A stretch of 62,968 nucleotides of DNA, filler included, from Octopus bimaculoides (taxonomy: Eukaryota): NCBI RefSeq assembly GCF_001194135.2. It is 5 parts of 5 records of this genome, joined end to end, with 100 filler letters (N's around TTAATTAATTAA, not from the genome) between each part and the next. Parts side by side here need not be neighbours in the genome. Positions count along the whole stretch, not along the records: positions 1 to 22,094 come from NC_068981.1; 4 more parts are not named here. One strand, 5' to 3'. Numbering within the stretch: the stretch's first letter is position 1; each line of letters opens with the position of its first letter. This document shows positions 1-12,889 of this stretch, piece by piece. Position numbers and translations under genes: made by a program. Below the pieces are notes generated by a model. That model worked only from the letters and a program-made list of their open reading frames with translations. It made no database searches and was not told the DNA's origin.

Positions 1-69
<69 letters not shown>

Positions 70-167
70 ATATATATATATATGTACATATATACATATA
101 TACATACATACCTTTAAAAGCAAGGAACATTGGTAGAACATCCTAATAAGAACATCAGTTCAGTACA

Positions 168-450
168 GACATAACAAACCTGATATTGTTCTGTGGGACA
201 GGGAACAAAAATCATGCACTGCTGGATGTACAATGAAAAGTCCAGGAAAAAGAGAAGATTTATGGTGAATTAAAATGGAACTTACAGCTCTTGTACCCTG
301 ACTATGGATTTTCATTTGTAGCTATCATTATATGTGTATTAGGTTATGTAGCAACAAATTCTTACAAAAACCTAGAAATACTCGGTTTTACGAAGAAAGA
401 ACAAAAGAAACTGACGCGGATTCTCCAAATACCCAGTGAAGATTTGTAAG
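168..450 (+). mobile_element. Non-LTR retrotransposon remnant, restriction-like endonuclease domain (R4/Dong/NeSL group)
   Basis: Manual translation gives HNKPDIVLWDREQKSC, then after a frameshift EKEKIYGELKWNLQLLYPDYGFSFVAIIICVLGYV, matching the RPD/PD..EK..KY..L..PI..G.LG RLE signature. Confidence 0.65.
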
Positions 451-689
451 ACATTCCAAAAATTCTCCATCTGAGATTCTTAAGTGGACAGATGCACACA
501 CTTGGGTGTATGCATTGACAATTCAACCAGCACACCAACTGAACTACATATTTAAAAACACTGGGAACTCTTTTAACTCAAAAAAAAAGACTTGTCGCTT
601 TATTAGCGACTGGCCTGAACTCTCTCAAGAACTTAAATAAATAAAACTCAAAGAAAAAAATATATACGTGTACATATATGCCTATATAC

Positions 690-1268
690 ATAAGCGTCTA
701 CCTGTACGTGCATATGTATGTACGTGCGCGCGAGTGAGTGTAAGGATTTGCTGTACGGGGGTATACACGGAGATACAATGGAACATCTATTGAGATATTC
801 AGATTTTCGCTCGCGCGAGCACTTGCACACGTGCATACGCGAACATACCCACATACATAGAACTCAGTACACACACGCGCACAAAAACACATACATATAC
901 ACAAGAATGCATATACATATACATACATGCGTTAACGCGCGCGCGCATTATAAGCAGGATACAGATAATGGTAAACAAATGTGAAGACATCCTAACATTC
1001 TAATCAACTGCCATGTGTTTTGTTTCATGTCTGTGCCTGGAAATGCTATTATTGTCTCATAAGAAACTTTGCCTTCTTTCATGTGTTTGCTTGTGTGTTA
1101 TTTCAAACAAAATCAGAATGCTCTGTTATATTCAGCATCTATTTGTAATTATTTTGTAACGACTTCGTACTTTTTATGATCGCTTCCTAAATGCTGAAAT
1201 GGAAATGACAAGAGCAGGAAACACAGTTATGTAAGTAAACAATATTAAGCGATGGTGAAGAAGCTGTG

Positions 1269-1347
<79 letters not shown>

Positions 1348-1385
1348 CGCGCGCGTTTGTACATATACACATATACACGCAGATA

Positions 1386-1419
<34 letters not shown>

Positions 1420-1420
1420 G
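690..1420. repeat. (AC/GT)n, (AT)n and (GC)n microsatellite cluster
   Basis: Dinucleotide runs visible; they generate the spurious CVCV/HTHT ORFs. Confidence 0.9.
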
Positions 1421-1768
1421 AGAAAAATATGGTGGCTGTTGACTAGCTGTCGAGTATGAATGACTGCCTTTAACGCTTAAGTTAAAACTTTAGTACCTTC
1501 TTATCATGGGTTCTCACTTCGAAAGATGCCAGTGAAGTTGAAGACTTCACGTTAAACATCTTAGACTCTTCAACAAAGGACGCAATGGTGTGGGCGACCA
1601 GAGAATTTCATTTGCTTCTCGCCTACACAACACCTTCCATGTCGCCGAACAAGAGAGAAAACTACTCAATAGCAACAAAATTTCGTTTTCACAAGGGAAG
1701 AATGTCCGCCTTCTGTAGATTTCAAGTGAGAGTAGTCTCCTTCTTGAGCATTTATATACTCATGTAAA

Positions 1769-1802
<34 letters not shown>

Positions 1803-2459
1803 TGTGTGTGCGCGCGCAGGGATATATACGCACTATTGTATGGTTTGTTGACTAACTTGAGTTAATTTGCCTTGTATCAAGGCTTACTGAGAAATATTTA
1901 CCCCAATAGGTATGAGATATCAAGTACGTTTCGTTGGAATATGTTAAACAGACCATTGTGGGGTTTATTGGGTCGCTATGACAAATATTTGGGAACCACT
2001 CTATTAAAACATTGGTCATCCCAATTTATTATACAAAGTATTCCATTGTGAGATACTTTCTCCGCTTTTTCACAGATTCTTTAGCTCTGACCCTAATGAA
2101 TACCTCCAGCTGTATCTAGGTTTAATAAATTTTCTCGAGCCTTGGGCGCGATGTAAAGTCATGACCAACGAGATTTATAAACTTGAGTTATAATGTAAAA
2201 AGATTTAGTGTATCTTATCCTTAACATTATACTTTTGCGCAACAGAAAACAGACCGTGTAGCCTTTGTAAGTTCGTTGTAATATCGTTGAATCCTATAAC
2301 CGAGAGGATTGTAGTAACACCACCCAATACTTGATTTCAGTGTAGTGTATTTAAAGCCGATTAACCTAACAGAACCCATGCCTGTCGAAGCTATACAATA
2401 AAATTGAATCCTGCAATTCAAACTAAGTAAGCTCTTATCAATGTCTCCTTGTTGCTGCT

Positions 2460-3713
2460 TACGAGGACCAACTTTAAAGTTCATAGGCTGACCAAGATAC
2501 TCTCATGGAATGTGACCGAATGAGGTTTATTTTTTAACATAGTCTCCTTTGTGATCCACACATTACTTCTATCGGTGTTGCAGTGCGTGGATCCCATTGG
2601 TGAAGTAGCTTTCATCCTGTTCGTCAAAAAAAAGTCAACAGCAGATATGACGTCATCATCGTTGCTATACTGGTTTCCATCCAAGTGTTTTTTCATGTTG
2701 TGGAACAAATGATAGTCAGATGGGTCTACATCAGGAGAATAAGGAGGGTGATCAACCAATTCAAAGCTACAGTCTTGCTCAGCAGTCATTGAAGCCAAGG
2801 GCTTGTGTACTGGAGCATTTTCCTGATGAAACAAGACACCTTTCGTCATTTTTACTAGCTGTTTGGTCTTGATAACCTTTTGTAATTGCCTCAGTAAGTT
2901 AGCAAAATACTTTCCGTTGATGGCGTAGCCCTTTTGAAGATAGTCAATAAACACAATGCCTTTTGCATCTCAAAACACTGAGGCCATCACCTTCCCTGTA
3001 GATGAAATTACCTTTGCCGTCTTTAGAGTAGTTGACACGGGGTTGTCCTCAACATGGATTGTCTCTTTGTGTCTGGTTCAAAGTGATGAACCCAATACTT
3101 ATCCCGGCTGAGGAAACGTTCGAGGAAACCAGCTGGATCTGCCTCAAATAGTGTCAGATTTTCCCGTGGTGTGATCAGCTTGGTACTCTTTTGATCAGTT
3201 GTCAGAAGTGGAACCCACCGAGTAGAAATCTTTGTCATGCCAAGTTCATTGTGCAGAATACTCTAAACTCTCTCAGAGGATATGCTAATAGCATTGTTAT
3301 TTGATTTATAGTCAACAGGTGGTGAACACGATCAATATTTTTCTCGGTGGTGGCAGTTGCAGGACGTCCAGATGTTGGATCATCTTCAAGACTCACCCAT
3401 ATCCACCTAAATTCAGCTGCCCACTTTTGCGCTGTTGATAAAGCTGGCGCGTCACCCCCTAATGTAGCAACCATGTCAGCATTAATGTCCTTGGGGGCTA
3501 GACCCTTTTTCTGCAGGTTCTTGATAACACCACGATGCCAGATTTTGTTGTTTCTCAAGAGAAGTCGCTACTAGTTACTTTGAAGAGTCAGATGTCAGCT
3601 TACCTGGAAAGAAACAATGCAATTATTAATAAAAAGAGTTGAAATGCAAGACTTCATAGCTCTGGCACAATATCTTCATAATCTGACAATAAACTTTTCA
3701 GTCCACCCTCGTA
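2460..3713 (-). mobile_element. Full-length but frameshifted mariner (Tc1/mariner) transposon
   Basis: Three minus-strand ORF pieces: HTH (KWAAEF..LEDDPTSGRP), RWVP-L motif, and catalytic FHQENAPVH..HPPYSPDVDPSDYHLF. Degenerate TIRs TACGAGG....ACT..AAAGTT at both ends with TA termini; about 1.25 kb. Confidence 0.93.
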
Positions 3714-4560
3714 AAGTGGAGGGCTTTTCCTATCCAGGTTAGATTGACGCTTCAACGTTTCTCTTAAAGATGACACCTGCTGGAAAAACATGAGTAGAAA
3801 GGAAGTTCCAGAGAACCGATATTCTGTTAAAGAAGGACTGGGAAAAGCGGTTAGTGAGAATCCTTGGGATAGGGCGGATGGATACTCTATTGACAATGAG
3901 AAGGAGGGAGAAGAGAGGTTCGGGAATACCTGAGTATAGGTGGTACGACACCTACTTGATCCGAGGAAGAGAGGCCATTATTGTAGTGCTAGAAAAATCA
4001 AAGAGAGGGGAGTTACCTATAAGGCCGGAATGTGTTTCTGGAAGTAGGTTGACATCTTTGTGTGTAGCTCATGTTTACGGGGAGAGGGGGGTCCCTGAAA
4101 TAAGTAAGGTTTGTGTGAAGGGAGAGGGTTGTGGTGGTGGGTGTCGTTGAAAGAGACAAAATTGGTATAGCCCCTCTGGAGATGCTTTTGAAATGTCCGT
4201 TCATGGGGGTTAGTGCAGGCTTGGTACAAGAAGTCGAGTTTGCATGTGTATGATGCGCGGTTGAGAAAAGATGGGAGGAATAAAGTGTCCTATCAACTAA
4301 GTAAAAGTCAGAATTGTCGGTCATGACAGCAAGTGGGCTATTGATGCATAGAAGTGAAAAAGTGGAGGTAGAGGAAACAGCTAACCAGAGTTGACTGAGT
4401 GAAGAGTAAAAAGAGCTCCGCCAGCACATATCGTGATAGTGCGACCTGAGATGAGAAATGAGTGAAGCTTATAGGCAGAAGGTTTCCATAGAAAATTGTA
4501 TGCCAAACACGGTCAAAAATTTTGCTTATAACTTGGGTAACGACACTGCTTTTTCTCCGA
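3714..4560 (-). mobile_element. Decayed LINE reverse transcriptase 3' part (CR1/L2/Jockey-like)
   Basis: Fragments ISKIFDRVWH (cf. DISKAFDRVWH) and C-terminal SFFNRISVLWNFLSTHVFPA..FKRNV. Confidence 0.7.
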
Positions 4561-5016
4561 TACACTAAAAAAAATAAAACACTTCTACGTCATTCTTCAC
4601 AATTATATCTACTTTTTCAATAAACTGCTTTACAGCAAGTGCAACACCTTTACTTCTGGCGTTACCATAAAAAACAGAAATAAACAATAGGCAATATAAC
4701 AAAAAATAGCCATCATTATAAAAAGAAATAGAACAAAAGAAGTTAACACGTGAAGAATTAGCATCAACTGAATCATTTGAAAAAGTTTTAAAGATTGCTA
4801 TATTTGGGAAGATAAACAAATTCAAATTCACAAAATTTTGAATGAAATAACAGATTAATCTATATAAAGGAATCCTTGATTGCCAATCAATAAAAATTCT
4901 GTTGGTTTCTTTAAAATAAAGCGTTCTCTGGCACAAAAGCGTTTATATCTGACGGCATTTTAAAATAGAATCAGTCAGTATAATATCTATATAGTTAACA
5001 ATTTAAGTATTTTAAG

Positions 5017-6789
5017 ATGCCGTCAAATGTTGCAATGGTAGAAATATGTTACAGCTGTAAGGAAAAATTCTGTTGTTCTTCATCATGTCCTTATGATAAA
5101 TTACCTGCATTACTGAGCTGTCAACATCTAATCTGTTATGGTTGCATTCAACGGATTTGGGTAAATCTTGATATTGACGACAACAACAAGCTCTTGTGTC
5201 CCGTATGTAATATTCTTACATTTCTATCACCATCCACACATCACATTTCATTCTACTTCAACAAATTCTGTAGTAACTGCGCTATCAAAAATGGACAGAT
5301 TAGAAATAAACTTAAAGAGAAACGTTCTGAACAAACATTGACCACAATCCGACCTGAAACAAACATTGCATTTGGAGGTAGTTCAACTCCTCAGGAGAGA
5401 GATAGTTGTGATAGTGGAAGTAATCTCCGAATTGTACAAGCTGGCATCGGAGATATAAATATTTCTGACAAATCTTCCCAAAATGTTGAATCAAACTTGG
5501 TTAATCAGGAAGCCAATAGTAAAGACAGACAAATCGTCACGAAAAGTCGAAACCAATCAAATTCTAAGAAATTATTTAAAAAACAGAAGCAACTCCTAAA
5601 GAAAAATAACCAACAAAAGACTTCTCATTCCGGACATTCCCAAATGAAAAACGAGAGAAATTCTCAGAAAACCACACGGAATTCCAACCCGGACACAACA
5701 GCAAAGAAACTAGTACCACCCCACCAAACAAGAAAGAATTTGAATACTTCTATTGATGGGAAGATAGAGAAAAACTTAAACCAAGAGATCAGAAACTCAG
5801 CAAATAAAGAAATATTGCCCTCTGTTTCTGAAAAGAGTTCAATGGGACCACACCATGAGCAGGATTCAGAATATGGCCGAGCTTACTCAAGACTTTCCTC
5901 CTCCAGCAACTCCAGTGGTGAAACAAACATGAAGACTAACAACACTCCTAACACGCAATTAAATAAACTTGATTCCAAAACGGATTCCGCTATTGTAAAA
6001 TCTTCGACTCAAAAAGGTCGCCGAATTAAGAATAATAGAACATCAAATAGAGAAAGTAATATTGTCAAAACAACGCAACAGACGCAAAAGAAGGATTCGC
6101 GGAATACCTTATCACCTAGAGAGAGTCTTCAAATTCCCGTCTCATTAAATGTTGACGATCTTGTTGAAACACGAACAAGCACTTCAACACAAAGCTTACC
6201 TAACATGTCATTGTTGAGTTGTAAATACGACGTCGAAGGGAAATCCAAATCGAATACCACAAATGTAACGAGCAGTAATTTGGGACAACACAGGAATGGT
6301 GGAGTCAGAAGAAATGGTGGAAGTTTAAGTGATGACGCTAGCAATGTAAATCAAAGAAAAGTTCGGAGCAGTGGTCGAAACAGGAAATCTGGCAGTAAAA
6401 TGCATTGGAAAATGAAACCTATCGAAGATGATTCTGACACTGAGTGCATTCCACCATTACGTAAAAGGGGTTTCCTCTATAGAAGAGAGTGTTTTAAAAT
6501 CCTAGATTGTATATATAACAATGAAAAGAGTGAACTGTTTCGACACGAGATTAAATCCAAATACGTCAGTGATTATTACAAAGTTGTCAAGAGAGGAATG
6601 TGTTTAGATATCATTGCTTACAAGATACGTAACAATATTTATACCCACGTAAAAGAATTTTCTTCCGATATGTATCGGATATTTGACAACTGTCGACTGT
6701 ACAATCAATATGGATCGGAAGCCTATGAGGCTGCTAACATCGTACAAAATATGTTCAATCAAAAGATGATAGAATGCTTTTCAAATTAA
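5017..6789 (+). CDS. Intronless RING-HC finger plus bromodomain protein (590 aa) with a long S/N/K/Q-rich disordered linker
   Basis: Uninterrupted 590-codon ORF. RING C3HC4: CYSC..CQHLICYGC..LLCPVC. Bromodomain: SELFRHEI..DYYKVVKRGMCL..Y....EFSSDMYRIFDNCRLYN..S..Y..A. The ATG follows ttttaag, a possible splice acceptor. Confidence 0.9.
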   Translation: MPSNVAMVEICYSCKEKFCCSSSCPYDKLPALLSCQHLICYGCIQRIWVNLDIDDNNKLLCPVCNILTFLSPSTHHISFYFNKFCSNCAIKNGQIRNKLKEKRSEQTLTTIRPETNIAFGGSSTPQERDSCDSGSNLRIVQAGIGDINISDKSSQNVESNLVNQEANSKDRQIVTKSRNQSNSKKLFKKQKQLLKKNNQQKTSHSGHSQMKNERNSQKTTRNSNPDTTAKKLVPPHQTRKNLNTSIDGKIEKNLNQEIRNSANKEILPSVSEKSSMGPHHEQDSEYGRAYSRLSSSSNSSGETNMKTNNTPNTQLNKLDSKTDSAIVKSSTQKGRRIKNNRTSNRESNIVKTTQQTQKKDSRNTLSPRESLQIPVSLNVDDLVETRTSTSTQSLPNMSLLSCKYDVEGKSKSNTTNVTSSNLGQHRNGGVRRNGGSLSDDASNVNQRKVRSSGRNRKSGSKMHWKMKPIEDDSDTECIPPLRKRGFLYRRECFKILDCIYNNEKSELFRHEIKSKYVSDYYKVVKRGMCLDIIAYKIRNNIYTHVKEFSSDMYRIFDNCRLYNQYGSEAYEAANIVQNMFNQKMIECFSN

Positions 6790-6884
6790 CACGCTATAAT
6801 CAACAAAATCTAATAACTTAAAAGCGAACTGTAATTCAAAGCCACTCGTTGCTCAAACATTATATTCATGAATATTATCTAAGA

Positions 6885-7013
6885 TATGGTTATATATATA
6901 TATATATATATACATGCATGCATGCATACATACATATATACATATACACATATATATATATGCATATAAATATACATATATATATATATATAGATGTATA
7001 TATGCATATAAAT

Positions 7014-7065
<52 letters not shown>

Positions 7066-7145
7066 ATGTATGTATGTATGTATGTGTATATATATATGTG
7101 TGCGTGTGTATGTATGTATGTATGTATGTATGTATGTATGTGTTA
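6885..7145. repeat. (TA)n/(TATG)n microsatellite
   Basis: Visible simple repeats. Confidence 0.95.
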
Positions 7146-7629
7146 CACATAAGTGTATAATAAGTGTATGCAATTGATCACATTTCTATTCTTTGCGGTG
7201 AAAAACTTCGTCTTGCTTATGTCAAGCGTCTTCGTATGGACAGGAGAAAGACTTCATTAGAAAAACTAAGGCTGTCTTCATCTTCCTAACAACACTTGGA
7301 GTTCAAAGAAGGTAGCAATAGGAGTTGATGAAATATGTATGAGCTGCTGCTGCTGCTGCTGCTGCTGTTGTTGTTGTTGTCAATGATGATGATGATGATG
7401 ATGTTTAGCTCTCACAATCCTTGTCAAGCAGTCGTTTGATGAAAGATATTAATTAAACGCGACCATCCCCCGCTTTTATAGTTATATGTAGAATTACATT
7501 CTTTTAATGTGTCCTTCCCTTATTAAAGACGCTAGTGAATGTCTTTTCTAGAGGTCTGCGCGCTTAGTTTTCAATAGGTGGATCGATCACATAAATGCTA
7601 CATTGTTAGCTTACTTGTATGTAGCAGTT

Positions 7630-7925
7630 GAAGGTGAGTGGCTTATTGGCTGGGGGTATTCGGCTCTCGATTGTGAGTTCGATTCCTGGCAGCGTGTTGT
7701 GTTTTTGTGCAAGACATTTCTCGCTGGCAAAATTGGACTGTACCTGTAATTCCAACGACCAGCCTTGTCACATTCTTAGTGATGCTGAATGTCCCTGAGA
7801 ACTATGTTCAGGGTACGCGTGTTTGTGGACTGTTCAGCCGCTTGCACATTAATTTCCCGAGCAGGCTGTTCCGTTGATCGGATCATCGGATCAACTGGAT
7901 CACTCGTCGCTTTAACCGACAGAGT
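7630..7925 (+). mobile_element. Decayed tRNA-derived SINE (core-type, family D-like)
   Basis: B-box-like gttcgattcc followed by tgtgtttttgtgcaagacatt, similar to the head at 14720-14945. Confidence 0.55.
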
Positions 7926-8239
7926 GTCAGTTATGTAGCAGTTGAGTATTCAGGTCAATTTTATTGGTTATACTTACTTCAAAAAAAAAAAAATGTGTAC
8001 GTAGCTTTGTACCTGTGTTAGAAATATTTATGTTGGGTCGAAAGAGCGGTTGAATAACAGAAACAGTAGAGTGTGTAAAATAATGATTGGGATATTTACT
8101 TTTATTTTCCTTCTTTATTCTGAGTGTCATATTTGTTGTGGCTGAGATATCACTACAACGTGACTCGAACTGACCGATGGAGGTTAATTTCTCGCCATAT
8201 TAAAGAAGCCATTATGCCTTTCCTTCGCTGTACTTCCGA

Positions 8240-8290
8240 ATGTCTGAAGAAATGGTCGTGTCTTCACGACCACGAAAATTTCGCAACATT
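8240..8290 (+). ncRNA. Degenerate hammerhead-like motif
   Basis: CTGAAGA, then a perfect 8-bp hairpin tggtcgtg-tctt-cacgacca, then GAAA; stems I and III do not pair cleanly. Confidence 0.3.
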
Positions 8291-8386
8291 AGTTAAGTGA
8301 ATCCTGTAACTCCACACTAACACACACACACATACATGTAAGTATGATTATGTATGTGTATATATCTATATATCTATATCTATATC

Positions 8387-8421
<35 letters not shown>

Positions 8422-9292
8422 NNNNNNNNNNNNNNNNNNNNNNNNNNNNNNNNNNNNNNNNNNNNNNNNNNNNNNNNNNNNNNNNNNNNNNNNNNNNNNN
8501 NNNNNNNNNNNNNNNNNNNNNNNNNNNNNNNNNNNNNNNNNNNNNNNNNNNNNNNNNNNNNNNNNNNNNNNNNNNNNNNNNNNNNTGTATGCATGTGTCT
8601 ATGTATGTATGCAAGCGCGCGCGCGTTTGTGTGTGTGTGCGCACGCGTGCGTAATTAAATTTATAACTGTACATTCCGAAAATGCAAAAGACTATTATTG
8701 TACTACGTTAGCATTATCGCAAGGACATACTGGGCAGTTGCCTATGGTCCTGAAATTAAAATTAAAAATTGAAAATCAAGTTCGCTATTGTGCTGTTATT
8801 GACTTTTTCTATTTTACATTTTTTTTTTTTCTTTCACATTCACAGTATTTTCTATCCTGGTAATAACCTTTTACTATTATACTCTTGACTTCTGCTCAAA
8901 ATTTTTCATTCAGATGATGACCAGATACATAAATATAGGAAGATATGTCGTATGTATGTAGAATGCATTTCCTGACTCTTTCATCCACAGATATAAGCAC
9001 TTGCAAACACACCCACTTACACACACACACTCACACATACACACACACACATACACATTGAAACAGACACACACGCAAACACACACACACATTCACACAC
9101 AGACTCACACACACACACTCACACACACACACAAATGCATACAGACATTGTCTCTCTCACACACGCACATTGAAACAGCCACACACGCAAACATACACAC
9201 ATTCACACACACACACACACACTCACACACACACACAAATGCATACAGACATTGTCTCTCTCACACACGCACATTGAAACAGNNNNNNNNNN

Positions 9293-9354
<62 letters not shown>

Positions 9355-9369
9355 AAATCAAAAATCTAG

Positions 9370-11474
9370 CACCCCTGAGCGAAAATGTATTACTCACCTA
9401 TCGGAACCGTTTCGCATCGCACGCTCTGTCTGTCAGAGGTGACGAATAAGGTGGCCAGTTTTACCCAGAAATGGGCAGAGAGGAAGCTGTACCTGAAAGG
9501 TCGGGCAAAGGTGGAGAGTACCTACATCGCTTCCGTCATCATTTATCGCCTGATTGTCGTCCTTTGCACCAGTTACTGCTTGATAAGGTTGGAGTGTCTC
9601 ATTTGTTTTCTTGTGAAAGAGACGTGTTCTAATGGTCAGGCGGTCAGTGTGCTTCCAGTACCCTCTGCGTAGCAGCTTAGGTATACCATAGCTTCTAATG
9701 CGCAAACAAGCTCTCAGGTTGCGTCACCTGCAACGTTTTCTGGATGGCGAACGTGTGTGGGCTCCCTTTGGGAGACACATCTTTCTGCTGCTCGTCTCTT
9801 TGATGAAGCTGCAATCTTGAGTGCAGGATAGACCGAGACGGGACGCCTAGCATCCAGAATGTCATCAGGCACTCACAGTCCGCTACGAGTTAGACAATAG
9901 GATCGGTAGAAATTCCACTTTAGCAATATAGAGAGGATTAGCAGCAGGGAAGTGCGAAGACATCTCAGGGAGACTCTTGGCGTTTACAAAAACTACCTAG
10001 CCAGTCTGTTCCGGAGGATTTTCCGGTCGAGGACTATCATAGATAATTTCCAGATGTCCTTGCCCTGACAGTATTACCGGTGGGGGTGAGACTACCGGTT
10101 CAAAATAAACTCTGCAGATACGGATGTGCTATCAAAATAAACTCTACAGACATGGATGTGCTATCAAAATAAACTCTACAGACATGGAGGTGCTATCAAA
10201 ATAAACTCTACAGACACGGATGGGCTATCAAAATAAACTCTACAGACACGGATGGGCTATCAAAATAAACTCTACAGACACGGATGGGCTATCAAAATAA
10301 ACTCTACAGACATGGAGGTGCTATCAAAATAAACTCTACAGATACGGATGTGCTATCAAAATAAACTCTACAGATACGGATGTNNNNNNNNNNNNNNNNN
10401 NNNNNNNNNNNNNNNNNNNNNNNNNNNNNNNNNNNNNNNNNNNNNNNNNNNNNNNNNNNNNNNNNNNNNNNNNNNNNNNNNNNNNNNNNNNNNNNNNNNN
10501 NNNNNNNNNNNNNNNNNNNNNNNNNNNNNNNNNNNNNNNNNNNNNNNNNNNNNNNNNNNNNNNNNNNNNNNNNNNNNNNNNNNNNNNNNNNNNNNNNNNN
10601 NNNNAAATAAACTCTACAGACATGGAGGTGCTATCAAAATAAACTCTACAGATACGGATGTGCTATCAAAATAAACTCTACAGACATGGAGGTGCTATCA
10701 AAATAAACTCTACAGATACGGATGTGCTATCAAAATAAACTCTACAGACATGGAGGTGCTATCAAAATAAACTCTACAGATACGGATGTCAGAGGTGAGC
10801 GCAGAGCAACGAAACCGTTCTACTTGCACTCGTTCAATGTCCGGACATAGCTGACTTATAGGGTTATGCCGAACAACTTCTGTCGCGTGTGGAACAGATC
10901 CGTCTGTCGGCCGAGGCTATCGCTATGATTTCCCACCTCTCTCCTTTAATTGAGCAGGAAAGGCAGTTTTCCCTTGCCTGGTGTCTGTGACAAAAGAGGT
11001 TATGTGGTGGACGATGCTGAAAGGCATGAGGACAGAGACATTCCTCTTTGGTAGAACCCTCATTGACTTGAAAAGGAAAGTGACGGTGGAGAGGTAGATG
11101 CTGTACTCGAGTGAATTTATTAAAAGGTGGGTGGAAGTTGCGAAAATGGCAAGAGTGGATGATACCGCACTAAGTTTAGACCTGTGAGACAGAGAAAAGT
11201 AATTGGAGAGGGCACTTTCCCTTGGTGTTCAGGGAGATCTTGGACGGTGGGGCTCCTCGATTATACCTAAAGGTCCTCCTGTATCACGAGGACCACGTTA
11301 CTATCATCCTTTTTCCTTTCTTTTCTTTTACTGTTGTTTATTATGTATACTTCCCGCCTTTGTTTTATTGTATACCGTGTATACTTTTAATCGTTTCATT
11401 ATATGTAAATCCCCATAATTTATGTCTGCTTTTGTATTATCCTCTTTATCCTTTACCCTGCAGACAAATAAAAG

Positions 11475-11477
<3 letters not shown>
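9370..11477 (+). mobile_element. 5'-truncated Tx1/L1-clade LINE (ORF2 C-terminus, 3' UTR, tail)
   Basis: QKWAERKLYLKGRAKVESTYIASVIIYRL; LPVQNKLCRYG; zinc-knuckle remnant ETVLLALVQCPDIADL*GYAEQLLSRV; T-rich 3' UTR ending AATAAAAGAA before (CAT)n. Confidence 0.8.
10101..10788 (+). repeat. 32-bp minisatellite (CAAAATAAACTCTACAGAYAYGGAKGKGCTAT), spanning an N gap
   Basis: About 9 units before and about 6 after the gap at 10384-10604, counted directly. Confidence 0.95.
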
Positions 11478-11710
<233 letters not shown>

Positions 11711-12109
11711 ATCTTTCAATTTTGTTTCTATTTCTTGTTGAATGTCTTCTCGACGCTTAGAGCAAAAAAACAAACTCGCTGTACACATTGGTAGGCTATT
11801 AAAATAAAGACACTAGATTGTTCATTTTCAGACTCGTGTGATAGAAAAAAAAAGAGGAAGAAAGACAGAGAGAAAAAGGAAAGAAAAAATGAAAACAAAG
11901 GAAATAAAGGGGGAAAAGAAAGAAAATTCACAGTGACAATGCTCTTCTCAATGCGTGTGACGTACCAGTTAAGACAATCTTTTGCACTTCCTGCTTGGAT
12001 GTTAAGCCAGAGATCATCCTCAAATAATTTTTATTTCCTTTTTTGATCATTCCAAGTTCTCCTACAATCACTGATATTGTAATCGTCTTGAGATGCCAAT
12101 TATTATTAA

Positions 12110-12325
12110 GGCAGCGAGCTAGCAGAATCGGTAGCACGCTAAGCAAAATGCTCAGCGGCATTTCGTCCGTCTTTATGTTCTGAGTTCAAATTCCGCCGAG
12201 CTCGACTTTAACTTTCATCCTTTCGGGGTCGATAGATTAAGTACCAGTTGAGTACTGAAGTCGATGTAATCGACTTAACCCCTCCCCCAAAATTGCAGGC
12301 CTTGTGCCTATAGTAAAAAGGATTA
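12110..12325 (+). mobile_element. tRNA-derived SINE family A
   Basis: ggcagcgagctagcagaatcg..gagttcaaattccgccgag..tttcatcctttcggggtcgat; many copies in the window. Probably one of the known octopus OK/OR SINEs (assignment unverified). Confidence 0.85.
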
Positions 12326-12889
12326 TTATTATTAACAACGACAATACAGATTCGCGAAAATGGAGCGATTGCCAGATATATGACCAGCAGTTTGCGATGA
12401 AATTCCTGTATATGTAAATCTAATATTCACAATTGCTTTCATATGTAAATCTGTTATTGATAACAAACTAGCTACTAATTTCCTGGAATTCTATAGTTAC
12501 AGTTTGATATATATGTTTCACTGATTTGTAATATTAAAAAGAAATGAAATTGAGTTTCATGCGTACTACTGTGTATATTTGGTAAGTAATATTGGTTGAC
12601 TTGTAGTTGGTAAGTTGTAATAAGTAGATAATTTCTGAATGTATTGAAATGAATGGACGAAAGATAGTGTATATTTATTACAGATTTTATTCAATTGTTA
12701 CGTAATTACGCTACTGCAACAAATTGGAAAACAGCGCAAAAATTTGTATTGTGGATGACATTTTGTTTACATGAAAAGTCTCTTGCTCAGTTCTAAATAT
12801 GTGGCAGAAAAAAAGGTAAGGGGTTCAAGGCTCGCGCGAAAGTAGTGTGTGTGTGTGGGGGGTGAAAACTAATTCTCGGTGAGATTGCT

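Noticed and set aside
648-1459. Many ORFs rich in CV/HT/YI/poly-I/poly-V, here and throughout (e.g. 11222-11794, 22552-23127, 47136-47618)
   Set aside because: Translations of microsatellites
4565-4936. 123-aa minus-strand ORF upstream of the RING-bromodomain gene
   Set aside because: AT-rich, F/I/N-biased and motif-free; likely a chance ORF
10101-10788. CRISPR-like array (32-bp repeats; also the 38-bp array at 24.5 kb)
   Set aside because: Units are head-to-tail with no unique spacers, the context is eukaryotic and no cas genes are present
12110-12200. tRNA genes at SINE heads
   Set aside because: A/B-box-like motifs continue into SINE bodies and no cloverleaf can be completed
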